Part shown: piece after piece, positions 39,880 through 53,228 of the stretch | How positions within the stretch are numbered: position 1 is the first letter of the stretch | Layout: each line of letters opens with the position of its first letter | The notes under the pieces: generated by a model | What the model was told of the DNA's origin: nothing | Database searches by the model: none | What the model saw: the letters and a program-made list of their open reading frames with translations, nothing else | Translations under genes and position numbers: made by a program | Assembly (NCBI RefSeq): GCF_963921235.1 | Contig: NC_086101.1 | Span: 6,264,001 to 6,328,000, forward strand | Source of the DNA: Mobula hypostoma | Taxonomy: Eukaryota | Length of the DNA: 64,000 bases | Reading direction: 5' to 3'

Positions 39880-40190
39880 ATAACTAACGCCTCAGCCATG
39901 GACAGTCCCATGCCCGGCTGTGAAAAGAGGAGTATTGGGCATGGGTTTATCTACCCGTCCCGCAAAATCCCAGTGTGACAGATACGTCAACTGAATCCCC
40001 AAAGGCCTCACCCCTGGGATAGGAAGGACCTTCGCCTGCAAGATGATCGGTCGCCTGGTGTAAGGAGGCCCCAGAGGGCCGATCGGCGTTCGGCCCAGGA
40101 CGGAGGCCTCTGCCGAGCTGCTGTTGGCAGCCTGTGCCCCAGCAGGCGTGATTGGCATAAGAAGATGCAGAACATAAGTGATGCTGGAGA
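39880..40190 (+). mobile_element. RTE-like LINE/SINE remnant
   Basis: 3' end gcagcctgtgccccagcaggcgtgattggcataagaaga resembles RTE tails. Confidence 0.45.
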
Positions 40191-41229
40191 GAAGAGCCTG
40201 GTTCAGTCTGAGGCAGGACTGAAAGGGACAAGTTCTGAAAATAGAGACACTGGACACTGCAGATGCTGGAATCTCGAGCAAGAATTGAGATGCTGGAGGA
40301 ACTGAGCGGGAGTTAACCCGAAATGTCGATTTTACATTTCCCTCCACAGATGCTGCCTATCCGCTGAGTTCCTCCAGCAGCTCGTTTAATTTTTATTGAG
40401 GTCTAAAGAGAGCCAGACTGGAGTTTAAAACTGTGGTTGAGTAAACATTTAAAGCAACTGTTAAATTAGTTCATGCCATAAAACTGGGGGTGTGGAGAGA
40501 ATATTCTGCTGTGAGGAGACAGATGCAGTTGTGATGATGACTTGTGGCTGCAGGAAAAAGCACATATACGTCACAGGGCGGAAAGTATTCGGTTTTTCAG
40601 TGAAGATCTGATTTCCACTGCCGTTCATATGAACAGGCTTCCTCACTTCACTCTGTCCGTCCCGGCTCCAATGGCAGGTCCGGTCTCCCTCAATCTGGAC
40701 ACACTTAACAAGTTGATTTTTTAGAAAATCATTACAGATTTTGTTTACCATAAAAATATTCACAAATATAAAGTGTGTAATGCCCTTAGCCAATGAATTT
40801 ACATTCAGAGTCAATGCGGTACTTAGTGTCCCTTTACATTCATTGAAACCGATCCGACTGTTGCTGCTCATGTTGCCCCCGAGGTGGTTCACTACGACAA
40901 TAACAGAGAGACTTCCTCAGCCAACCCGGTCTCTCCCTGTCCAGTAGCAGAGGAACCCTGTCCCATCAGCACGTACTCTGCAGCCTGGAAGGTGTCAGTC
41001 GTTCCACTCCTCTGCCGCAGTGGGTCCCATCCTTTCATAGACCACGGGATCGGGGCGTTTTGTCTGCTGCTGCCTCCTAAACCCGTCACCCGCTGCTGGG
41101 TGACGGAAGCAGCACCGCAGAGGCTGAAGGCCAGGGGAGAAGGCGGCGCAAAGGTCGGACATGGTCACCTGTGCCGTCCAGTGACAGTGGAAGCAAAGGC
41201 TGCAACTCACGGAAAGCAAGGGAGGATGA

Positions 41230-41830
41230 AGTCCTTATGATTGTCGCTACTTCCCGGCTGGATTTTCCATTCCCAGGCTTTTTCCATACCAGGCCATGAT
41301 ATAACCACGCAGTATACTCTCCACCACACATCTGAGGAAGTTTGTTGAGGTTTTAGATGTCTTGCGGAATCTTCACAAACTTTTGAGGAAGTAGAGTTAC
41401 AGCCATGCTTTCATCGCAATCGCACTGGTGTCCCAGGCCCCGGACAGATGCTCTGAAATGATAACACGGAGGAATTTAAGGTTGCCGACCCTCTCCACCT
41501 CTGATCCCCCGAGGAGGACTGGCTCATGAACCTCCTGAAGTCACTGATCAGCTCCTTGCTCTTGCTGACATTGAATGAGAGGTTGTTATTGTGACAAGGC
41601 TCAGCCAGATTTTCACCCTCCCTCCTGTATGCAGATTCGTCACCACCTTTAATGCGGCCAACAGCAGTGGTGTCGTCAACAAATGTAAACACGGCATTGG
41701 AGCTGTGCTGATCCTCACAGTCACAGGTATCCAAAGAGTAGAATGGAGGGGTGGGGAGATAGGCACACTGCCCTGGGGTGACCTGTGCTGATGGAGACTG
41801 TGGAGATGTTGCTGCCAATCTGAGCTGACT
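41230..41830 (-). mobile_element. Rex1/Babar-like RT fragment
   Basis: FVDDTTAVGRIKGGDESAYRRE..L...CHNNNLSFNVSKSKEL. Confidence 0.75.
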
Positions 41831-42889
41831 GGGTGGAGGCTTGGATGCGGAGCGGAGTCAGTGGAAATGGCATCAGCACAGGGAAGGGGAGTTTGTCAGG
41901 TGAGGGGCTGAACTGCCTCCCCTTGATTCGATTTTCCATGTTCTTCAGAGCCGTGGATCGACTGAACTGAGGGAGCGTAGAAGGTGCCAGCGAATAAATA
42001 GAGGTGTAGACTAGGAGGGTGAAAATATGGGGAAGTATAAATAAATGGTCAGCACAGAGATGTTGGGCTGAAGGGACTGTTCCTGCTCCTATTGCTTTAT
42101 GTTCTGTCCTGTGGTGAAATATAAACAACTTTCTCAGTGAGATGGGGACTTCGATGCAACATGATATGGCGAGGTGTCGAGTACAATGGGATTACTGACA
42201 CAGCTGCATGAAAACTTCCTGACTTCACCCCGTGCAGACCTGTTGTGCTGTCAGGTCCTGCTCTGCCGAATTAGATGCAGAGAGACAGACAGTATGGACC
42301 GAGGCCCTTCGGCCCAACACGTCCCTGCAATCCGAGCTGTTTTCCTGAACACATCCCATTTACCGACATTTTGCCCTCATCCCTCCAAACACCTCCTATC
42401 AAGCACATCAATATTATAATTTGGTGTCTTTAAAATGTTTTAATTAGACCCACCTCCACCCTTCCCTCTGGCAGCTCATTCCACAAACTCATCACACTTG
42501 CCCCTCACCTGAATCCTCTGTCCACGGGGTTTAGACTCCGTGACCCTTGGAAAAGGATTGTAACCATCCACCTTATCTGTGTATTTTGTAAACCTCAATA
42601 AGCTCAGCTCTCAGCCTCATTCGCTCCAGGGAAAACAGTCCAGGCTGATCCTGTTTCTTCTCATCACTCAAGGAGTAGTTCTGACAACATCAGACGGAAA
42701 TATTTCTGCACTATTTCCAGCTTCACGTCATCCTTGCTATCACCAGGTAACCAGAATTGTGTACAATACTCTGAGCATTTTCACCAATCTCTTGTACAGT
42801 TGTACCATCTCATGACAACTCTTGCACTTAACACTCTGATTGATGAAGACAAGGGTATCAAACTCCTTCTTCACCACTTTGCCTCCCTA

Positions 42890-44590
42890 CAGCGGTGCTA
42901 ACAAGTTTGTGAACCCTGTAGAATTTCTGCTTAAGTATGGGCTAAAGTGTGAGCAGATCATCACACAAGTCCTAAACTACATAAAGAGAACCCAATTAAA
43001 TTAATAACACAAAAATTATACTTGTTCATTCATTTATTGAGAGAAATGATCCAATATTAAATGTATTTGTTGGAAAAGGTACGCAAACCTTTGCTTTCAG
43101 TAACTGGTGTGACCCCCTTGTACAGTAATAACTTCAACCAAACATTTCTGCTAATTGTTGATCAGTCATGCACATCAGCTCGGAGGAATTTTAGGCCATT
43201 CCTCCTTGCAAAACTGCTCAACTCTGGGATGTTTGTGAGCTTCCTGGCATGAACTGCTTACTTCAGGTCTTTCCACAACATTTCTCTTGGATTAAGGTCA
43301 GGACTTTGACTTGACCATTCCAAAACATGATTTTTCTTGTTAAACCATTCTGTTATTGATTTAGTCTTGTCTTTTGGTGATTGAATTGTTGCATTATCCA
43401 ACTTCTATTAAGCTTCAGGTGACAGACTGCTACCCTGACATTCTCGTGTAAAATGTCTTGAATTCATTGTTCTCTTAATGATTGCAAGCTGAGTCATCAA
43501 AGCAGCCCCAAACCATGATGCTCCTTCCACCATGCTTCACTGTTGGTATGAGGTTTTGGTGTTGCTGTGCAGTATCCTTTTCCCTCCAAACGTAGCAATG
43601 TGCTTTTCTCCCCAAAAGTGGTAAGTTTTTTACTCAGAGAGTGGTGAGTGCCTGGAATGGGCTGCCGGCAATGATGGTGGAGGCGGATACGCTAGGGTCT
43701 TTTAAGAGATAGGTACATGGAGCTTAGTAAAATAGAGGACTATGGGTAAACCTAGTAATTTCTAAGGTAGCGACATGTGCCGCACAACTCTGTGGGCCGA
43801 AGGGCCTGTATTGTGCTGTAGGATTTCTATGATTCTATGTTTTGCCTCATCTGTACACAGAACATTGTCCCAGAAGCATTGTGGAACGTCCAGGTGGTCT
43901 TTGGCAGACTTCAGACATCCAGCAACTTCTTTTTCTGTGGACTTTCCTCTGTGGTGTCCTTCCATGAACACCAGGCTTGTTCAGTGTTTCTCTTACAGTG
44001 GACACATGAATAGAGTCTTTAGCAAGTTCCAGAGATTTCTGCAGGTCTTTTGCTGATACCGTACTGAGTTTCCTCCATTTCTAGACAAATTCTCTTACTG
44101 TGGACTGATGAACACTCAGGTCTTCAGAAATGCTTTTGTAGCCTTTTCCAGCTTCGTGCATCTCTATATTCCTTCTTCTGAGGCCGTCTCAGAGTTGTTT
44201 TGATTAAGGCATGGTGTACATAAACAGATCATTCTTGAGAAGAGCAGGCCCTGTCAGTAACCTGACTTTGTGTGTCTTTTTTATAGGGCGGGGCACCTCT
44301 ACAACCCACAGCTCATCTCATCTCATTGAATGGAACAACTGACTCCAAATGTTTTTTGTAGAAGGCATTAGCCCAGAATGTCACATACTTTTTCCAACAA
44401 ATACATGTAATGTTGGATCTTTTTTTCTCAATAAATAAATGAACAAGTATCATGTTATTGTGTTATTTATTTAATTGGGCTTGCATTATCTAATTTTAGG
44501 ACTTGCATGAAGAAATGATCACATTTTTGGTCATACGTATGCAGAAATAGAGACAATTCTACAAGGTTCACAAACTTTCTAGCAGCACTG
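42890..44590 (-). mobile_element. Tc1/mariner DNA transposon with ~200-bp TIRs; decayed transposase; CR1 3' end inserted at ~43620-43840
   Basis: TA|CAGCGGTGCTA...TAGCAGCACTG|TA with long inverted ends; FWDNVLCTDEAK, GSIMVWG and [10 protein letters not shown] motifs on the minus strand. Confidence 0.9.
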
Positions 44591-46239
44591 TACATCTTCA
44601 TTCTGGCAATAAAATACGTGTTTCCATCAGTATCTGTGTTCTTCAACTCTCCCCAGGGCCCTGCCATTCACTGGCTTAACTTCCCAAACTTGTCTGAGTT
44701 GAATTCCTTCTGTGGTTCCTTGTCCACTTTCCCAGTTGATCTAAACGTAATTCTACATTCTGTTGTTACCATCTTCACTGCCCACCACACCTCCAATGTT
44801 GGTGTCATCTGCAAGTTGACTGATCAGCTCACCCACATTCTCATCCAGATCATTCGTTCTCTATGTATCAGAAGATAAAGGAAATAAGTTTATGTGATTG
44901 ATTATTTGATAATTAGATGAACACGATTGCAGCAAGACTTCTATTCAAATCCACCTCCACTTGCAGCTTGTTTTCATTTTGTCTGTGGAAAATGTTTCCT
45001 TTCAGCGCTTCTTAAATATTTTTCTGCTCTCACCTCACATCCACAAAATTACTCACTATGGCACCAACCTCTCATGCAAATCATTAATATTAATGACAAA
45101 TTATAGGGACCCAGCATCAATCCCCATAGCACACCACTTATCACAGGCCTCCACGTTATGTCTCTCCCGCTCGCTGGAAAATGGAGTCATCTCTTTCTTC
45201 CTTATTAGGGAGGGAGAGAGCCTGCAGAATGTTGAATTACCGGCTGAACAATATAGTCTTTGTGGGTCACTGCAGGTCTGTGTGTTTGCTATTGCCTTGA
45301 TCACGCTTAACTGCTGTTAGCGGGTGCGTTTTTTTGCCGGTGGGGGGAGGGGGGATTGTTGCTCACTGCCGCTTACGCGAGGGAGGGAGGGAGTTGGGGG
45401 ATTTTGGGGTTCTAACATTTAACTCGTTCATTCTTGGGCAACTCCTCTGTTTTCCTGGATGGTTACAAAGGAAAAGCATTTCAGGTTGTGTATTGTATGC
45501 ATTTCTCCGACATTAAACGTAACTTGGAACCTTTGAACCATCTGCAAAGCAATCCTCCACCACCACCCTCGGCCTCCTACCACAAGCAATTGTTTTATCC
45601 AGTTAACACACAAAATGCTGACGGAGCTCAGCAGGCCAAGCAGCAGCTATCAAAAAATGTACAGTTGATGTTTCAGACCAAGAACCTTCTCTGGTCAGGT
45701 ATCTACAGGTTGCTTGTGAAACCATTCCAGACCACACTTCACAAAGTCTACCCTGTCCAATCGATCAGTACTTTGTCTGTCCCAGTCACTAGTCTCTGAC
45801 CATTACAACCCTGATATTCCAACAGCATTCTCCCTACACATGGGCTCTTCTGATTCTCACTGACATTTGGGATCCAATAGTACAATCCCAGCAAAGTGAC
45901 CATCTCCATAGTTCTAACTCCAACCAATATACTCTCACTGGCCGTTCCCCACAAGGATCTCTCTAAGTGCTGTGGTGATGTTCTCCCTAATCAACGTCAC
46001 AACTCCCCCTCCTCTCTGACCTCCACTTCTGTCACGTCCTTTGCATCTGTGGCACAGTGAGGTGGTTTTGATCTTATTCAATGGGACAGCAGGTGTGAGG
46101 GGCCGAACAGCCTCCTCTTGCTGCTATTTCTGATGTTCAGAGCAGTGAACAGACTGAACTGAGGGAGGATAGAAGGGGTCGGGGAATGAATAGAGGTGTA
46201 GAACAGGAGTGTGGTCCCAAGTAAACAGACACCTGGCAA

Positions 46240-48140
46240 GTGAGTGGCTTTAAAACTGAGTTTGTAAAGGTTCAGGATCAGCCTGTCCTTGTCAGAGTGA
46301 ATGGCGAGACTGGAGGGATGAGGGAACCCTGGCTGACGAGGGTCATTGAGGCTGTGGTCAGGATGGAGTTGTGTGTCAGATGAAAGCAGCTGGGATCAGA
46401 TGAATCCCTCAAGGAGTAAAAGGGATGCAGAAAAACACCGAGGAGGGAAAAATATCAGGAGGCCAAAAAGGAGTGTGAGCTAGCTTTAGCAGGCAAGATG
46501 AAGGAGATTCTACAAATGATTCTACGAGTCTCTGAATCAAAGAGGGTAACGAGTGAGGTATTATGTCCCTTGAGGATCAGGGTGGTCATCTCTGTGTGGA
46601 GACACAGCAGATGGGTGAGGTCTGAAATAAATACTTCTCATCTGTATTTACTGTGAGAAGGTGATGGAGCTGGGGAATTTAAGAAGGAGAATATGAATGT
46701 CCTAAAACATACCGACATTACAAAGGAGGCTGGCCAGCTTAAACACATAAAGCTGAATAAATCCCAGGGTCTGACCCAGTGCATTCTCTGTCATGGTGGG
46801 AATCCAGGGAAGAAATTGCTGTGTCCTTGTCTGTGATATTTCAAACTCTGAACACAGAACAGTACAGCACAGGAACAGGCCATTCTGGCCACGCTGTCTA
46901 TGCTGACCATGATGTAACCCCGTTTGCCTGCAAATCATCCATTTCCTCCATTCCCTGTCTGTTCAATTCCCTGTTTAAATGTCTGTTTAACATCCCGATC
47001 GTATCTGCTTCCACCACTCCCCATCCCGGCTGCGCATTCCAGGAAGATACCACTCATTGTGTCCAAAAACATTCCTTGAACATCCCGTTTCGACTTTGAC
47101 GATCTTACTTTAAAGCTTTACCCTTCACGTCGTGTCCTCAGGGAGATTAGACTGACTGAGACTGTCTCATAATTAGAAGAATAAGAGGTGGTCTCACTGG
47201 CACAGACACAGTCTCACTGGGTATTGACAGGGTAGAGGCAGGAATGATATTTCCCCTGGATTGGGTGTGGAACCAGGGGCACAGACTGACAATCAGAGGT
47301 CGCCTCAGCAGGACTGCGATGAGGAAGAATTTCCTCTCCCAGTGTGCGGTGAGTATTTGGAATTCTTTACAAAAGATTTCTGGATTTAAGGGGAACAGTG
47401 ATGATGGGATGGTGCAGGAAATTGGCACTGAGGTCAATGATCAGCCATGTTCCGAGTGAAGGGCAGAGCAGGAGCAAGGGGCCGAATGGCCACTCCTGCT
47501 CCTGTTTCTCATTTTCTTCAAACAGAAATCGATCTTTGTGTCGTTTAATTTTTTTGTCTTCAGTCTGTTGGGTTACACAGGGGAGCGGTAACCCGTGCAC
47601 TCTGTGTAGAGCATCCTCTGTACCCCGTGTTGACTGTATTCACTCCACTGTCCCCAATGCATGTAACAGTCTGCAGAGTTTGTTGTGTTCATTGTTTTTG
47701 TATCCAGTGAGAAACACGTCTGTGTAAGCGCCCGGGACACTTTACTGCATTTACACAGCGACCGTTCCTGAATACCAGTTGTTGTTGTTGACTGCTGCGT
47801 CCACAACTGCTGAACATAGAACATTGGACAATACAGCACAGGAACAGGCCATTCGGCCCACAAGTCTGTGCTGAACATTGTGCCAATTCAATTTCATCCC
47901 ATCTGCCTGTACATGGTCCACAACCCTCCATTCCCTGTCTGTTCATGTGTCTGTCCAAATGTCACTGAAATGATGTTTTTGTATCTGTTTCCACCTCCTC
48001 CCCTGACAGCACGTTCCGGGCACCGACCATTCTCTGTGTAGAAAAAACTTGTCTCAATCTCCTTTAAACCTTCTCCTCTCCTTATATTTACTCCCTGTAG
48101 TATTTGACATTCTCACACTGAGGATAAATAGGCTCCGACT
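46240..48140. mobile_element. Cluster of old CR1 fragments, both orientations
   Basis: CR1 3' ends (gaacagtacagcacaggaacaggcc) and ORF2 remnants. Confidence 0.65.
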
Positions 48141-48479
48141 GTCAATCATGTGTCAGTTGTTGTTGACTATTTCGTCGACAGCTGCTGAAGCACCGTGTTC
48201 CCAGATTTCTGCAGCTTGTGATTCCCTCAGTCTGTAATGCCCCCCTCCCTGGTAAGGAGACGTGGGTGTGGACCAGAGTAATTCTCCACAACTCCTGCTG
48301 GACAGTGGGGAGCAGCGAGTGTGCACTTGGGATCAGTGGGCAGAATCCGTCCCGACTGGGTGAAAGCAGAGTGAGAGAGCGAATAACTGGAGCAAACCCG
48401 CCACCCCTGGCCGCACCGGGAAATGCACCTTCTTCTCCAGGAGTCTCCTCGAATTGGCTTGAGAGCAAAGTATAACGAG

Positions 48480-51400
48480 GGAAATAAAATGCCCGCTTAA
48501 GTCTCTGTGTCTGTGTGACCACGCAGCGGCGTTCAGAGGATGTGAGTATTTTATCAAGGCAAAGCAGATGCAGGTTGTTAGTAACCAACAAGAAATGTCA
48601 TATGCTGAGGCAATAAAGAAAGTTGCTAAAGAGCACAGGATAAGTAAAGAAAAGATTGGAAGGATGGGGAGTCAGCGCATTCCGTGTGCTCCAACTATGG
48701 TTCCTTCAGACATGTTGTTGATGACTAAAGAGCCTTTTTTGGCGTTTGTTGTTGATGTATTGGTCGGGGCTAAAACTACAACCAAGAGGTCGGATACGAT
48801 AAAAGAAGTACGATAAAAGGAGCTGCAGAGAGATTCCCTGATATGAAACAGGCTTTACCGGAAACATTACATGAGTATATGACAGACAAATAATCACTGA
48901 ATACTTCCCAGTTGTCGGGGTTAGAGAGTATGGGGGAGCTTTATGTGGATGAAAAGTCCGATAATTAGTATTTGGATGTTTTTAATATGACAATGGAATG
49001 CAAGAAGTTTAATTGCAAATAGTCAAGAATTAATAGGATTTGTTGGAACTTTTAAAGACAAGCCTGATTTGATCTGTATACAGGAGACATGGTTAAAGCC
49101 TCATTTAGATTTTGTATTCCCTAGATATGAAAGTTTGAGAGCTGACAGAACGGGTAAATCTGGTGGAGGGTGTGCAACTTTCCTAAGAACAGGACTACAG
49201 TTTAGAAATCTTGATTTTAAATCTAACCTTGAAATTGTGGCTGTGGAGGTTTGGAGCTCTCGAGGTCAAACAGCTTCGATTAACTTTTATAATCCATGTA
49301 ATATGATGATGTTATCAGATTTTGATGGAACTATGAATAAGGTAAGATCCCCGGTAATCTGGGTTGGAGATTTCAATGCCCATAATCCTATATGGACTAG
49401 TAGTGAAAGTAAAGATATTAATGGAGAGGTAGTAGAGGAGTTTAAAGATAAATACACCATGGTACTTCTAAACGAAGGAAGGCCTACAAGATTGAATATT
49501 GTAAAGAATACTTGTAGTCATTTAGACTTATCAATCACTTCCTCAAACTTAGCCAGTGTTGGGGAATGGGATGTTATGGACAGATACACACTGGGAAGTG
49601 ATCACTATCCTATATTATGTGGATTTGGTAGAATTTTGCTAGTAGAAGTTGAGGAGAATGCTGCGAGGTATAATTATTCTTTTGCCCGTTGGGTCCCTGA
49701 GAAAGTTGTGGATATCATTGAAGAGATTGATACAGAGGACTCCATAGACGATTGGAAAAGTCCCTCTGTTCTATAATTGATAAAGTTGCTCAGTTGACTA
49801 TTCCGCTACAGAATGTTCCTAAGGCTCGAGCATTGGTTCCATGGTAGAATAAAAATTGTGATATAGCAGTAAGAAACAGAAATAGAGCTTACAGGAAATT
49901 AAGAAAGTACCCAGTGTTAGATAATGTTATGGAGTATAAAAAGGAAAGAGCAGTAGCAAGGAGAGGAATTAAAAATGCAAAGAGGGATAGTTGGAGAAGA
50001 TGTTATGGAACCCTGGGCCCTGAGACACCTATAAAGCAGCTATTGACGATCATTCACAGAATGTCAAGGATATATAGGAAACCATCTATCCCAGCTTTGC
50101 TGGAAGCAGATATTGAAGCTGTAACCAATAAGGAAAAGGCTGATATGTTTATAGAGGTGTTCCAAGCGTTACACAGTTCCGGAGAGTTAGGTGATTTGAG
50201 AAAGGAAATTATGTCAAAGGAAAGTTGGAAATTGGACAGGAGTTTGGATGATAATAGCTCCATAAATTTGTTTTCTGCCCTTCAGTAATTGCAGGAATCT
50301 GTCCAATCAGGTTCAAACAGTTCTCTGGTAGGGATGGACTGTGTTATGAATTGCTTAAGCATTTAGATGACTCAGTATTGATAGAAATGCTAGCATTGTT
50401 TAATTCAGGGTGGAAGGAAGCAAAATTACCAGTAGAATGGAAGCATGCGGTGGTAGTTCCAGTTTTAAAGCCAGGTAAAGACGCGTCGAGTCCTAACTCG
50501 AATCAGCCTATAGCTTTAACATCAGTGCTTTGTAAAACTATGGAACGAATGGTCACCAACGGACTTGTTTATTTTTTTTAGAAAATAAGGGACATTTTGC
50601 TGCCTATCAAAATGGTTTTAGAACTGGAAGATCAACAATGGAATCTGTTGCCCTTTCAGATCATGATATTAAAAAGCGTTTCAAAATAGAGAAGTAATGG
50701 TAAGTGTATTTCTAGATATTGAAAGAGCATATGACTCAGTATAGAAGGACGGTTTATTAATTAAACTCTATGATGCGGGAATTAGAGGTAGAATGTTTAA
50801 TTGGATCAAAGATTTTCTTAAGGAAAGGACAATTCAAGAAAGAATAGGCGGAACAAGCTCCAAGTGAGTTAAGATAGGTAATGGTACCCCTCAAGGAAGT
50901 GTCATTAGTCCAGTTCTTTTTAATATCATGATAAATGATATCTTTGATCAGGTAGGGACAGGATTTGGCAAATCGTTGTTTGCAGACGATGGTGCAATCT
51001 GGAAAAGAGGAAGAAACGTCAACTATATATTAAAGCAGGTACAAAGGCTTTAAGATCAGTTGAAAACTGGGCGAATAAATGGGGTTTCAGGATTTCTGCT
51101 TCTAAGTCCAAATATATGATTTTTGGCTTTAGAAGGAAGATTCCTGATTGTGAATTGTGTCTATATAATTCTCCATTAGAAAAAGACAAGATATTCAAGT
51201 TTTTAGGTGTCTGGTTTCATGAAAGACTTAAAAACGTTTATACTTGGAGGGATCATATAGATAAAACAATTGGAAAGTGTGAGAAAGTTTTAAACGTTAT
51301 GAGAAGTATTGCTAGATGTGACTGGGGAGCAGGGCGGCACACTATGTAATTAATAGATCTAGCTATGATTAGATCACTTCTTGATTATGGTTGTATTGCT

Positions 51401-52560
51401 TATGGTTCCGCTGCTACGGCAGTGCTTGAAAAACTAGACACTGTGCAGTCCAAAGCATTTAGACTCTGTTGTGGAGCTTTTAGAACAACATCAGTCCTGG
51501 CATTATGTGTGGAGATGGAATAAGTGCCTCTCCATTTAAGACGAGTTCAGCTGGGCCTGCAGTATTGGGCAAAACTAAATGGCTTCAATCACAGCTGTCC
51601 ATCAAAATGTCTTTTGCAGGGAAGTCGGAACGCCAAAGTAAAATTAAAAGATATCCATTTTTAGATGTGGTTAATAACTGGGCTATGAAATTGAAACTGA
51701 CTGAGGAAGACATAGCTGACCAAATTTGCTTGCCACCCGTTCCTTTTTGGCTCTTGCCAGAACCAGAAGCAGACTTATTCCTCCTTCTTCAGCCTCTAGG
51801 AAGCAGAGCAACTTCAACAGCTTCGATCATAAATGAATATTTAAATAATAAATGGGGATCTTATCTGAAGATTTTTACTGGTGGCTCAGTGGACCCAGAG
51901 AGCAGTAGGGCAGGATTTGGGATATATGTGTTAAGATTGGTCACCGGGTTTCAGATGGTGTTTCTGTCTTTGCAACAGAATTATCAGCAATCCTCTGGGC
52001 CTTATGGTGGATAGAAGACTCTCAACCACGTAGGGTTATCATCTGTTTGGATTCTGCTGCTGCCTTAGAGTCTATAAAAGGGAATTAATCAGAAGCTCAT
52101 CCTGACATAGTTATTGAGATTCTCTTAGAGTTGTTTAGAGTAGGGAAGATGGGTTGTGCAGTCGGATTTTCATGGATACCTGGGCATGCTGGGGTGGAGG
52201 GTAATTAAATTGTGGATGGCATTGCAAAAGAAAAAAAAAACCCTTTCAACTAAAGCTACAAGCATTCTTCAAATCCTTCCCCATCTTTCTTTCTTCAGTC
52301 CTGACGAAGAGTTCCGGCCCGAAACGTCGACTCATCATTTCTAACTGATGCTGCCCGACCTGCTGAGTTCATCCAGCGTACTGAAAGTGTTGACTTAAAT
52401 GTATTTTGGTTTTCTATTAAATCTTTGTTTGACCACCAGGAGAACCAACATCTGATTGAAGAGTCTATTATTCAGTTTATACGTGTGACTACATTCTATT
52501 GGAGAATCTGAGCTTCTTGAAATTATATAAGTAATTATACATCCTGCGGAGGGCAGTAAT
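48480..52560 (+). mobile_element. Nimb/I-group LINE with APE, RT and RNase H (decayed)
   Basis: ORF1 tail DHAAAFRGC..SYAEAIKKV; APE ICIQETWL, GDFNAHN, GSDHYPI; RT PIALTSVLCKTMERMV, GTPQGSVISP, LFADD; RNase H IFTGGS..RAGFG, TELSAILWAL, DSAAAL, WIPGHAGVEGN. Confidence 0.85.
52297..52332 (+). ncRNA. Minimal hammerhead ribozyme motif in a PLE end inserted at ~52260-52395
   Basis: agtcCTGACGAagagttccggcccGAAACGTCgact; stem II has a mismatch. Confidence 0.6.
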
Positions 52561-52584
52561 ACGTCTAGATGCGTCTACACAGGA

Positions 52585-53045
52585 GCGGGGAGGGGGAGAG
52601 GGGAGAGGGGAGAGGGGAGAGGGGGAGGGGGAGAGAGGGGAAGGGATGGGGAGAGGGGAGAGGGGGAGGGGATTGGGGAGAGGGGAGAGGGAAGATGGGA
52701 GAGGGAAGAGGGGGAGGGGAGAGGGGGAGGGGATTGGGGAGAGGGGAGAGGGGAGAGGGGAGAGGGGAAGGGGAGGGGAAGGGAGGGGGAGAGAGGAGAG
52801 GGAAGATGGGAGAGGAAGAGGGGAGGGGGGAGGGGGGAGGGGAGAGGGGAGAGGGGAGAGGGGAGAGGGGAAGGGGAGGGGAAGGGAGGGGGAGAGAGGA
52901 GAGGGAAGATGGGAGAGGAAGAGGGGAGGGGAGAGGGGGGAGGGGAGAGGGGAAGGGGAGGGGAAGGGGAGGGGAAGGGAGGGGGAGGGGGAGAGGAGAG
53001 AGGGGGAGGGGAGAGGGGGAGGGGAGGGGGAGAGGGGAGAGGGGA
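52585..53045 (+). repeat. Polypurine (GGGGAGA)n-like low-complexity tract
   Basis: ~460 bp almost exclusively G/A. Confidence 0.95.
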
Positions 53046-53228
53046 TTGGTGAGTTTTGATAACTTTCCTGTGTTTGAAGTGAAGATGGGTGTGGAAGCTG
53101 GGGAATTTGTTGAATTTTCAAACATCTACATTTCCGTCCTATCTGATGTTCTGCTGCTTTGTAAAACCGTCGTTCCTCGTTCCACCAGCAGGAGGCGACA
53201 CTGCACCATGAAACTGACATTTTACGGT

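Noticed and set aside
40560..40860. Possible ISRE-like motifs upstream of the TRIM
   Set aside because: Only partial matches (ttcggtttttc; gaaaccgat), with no clean GAAANNGAAA.
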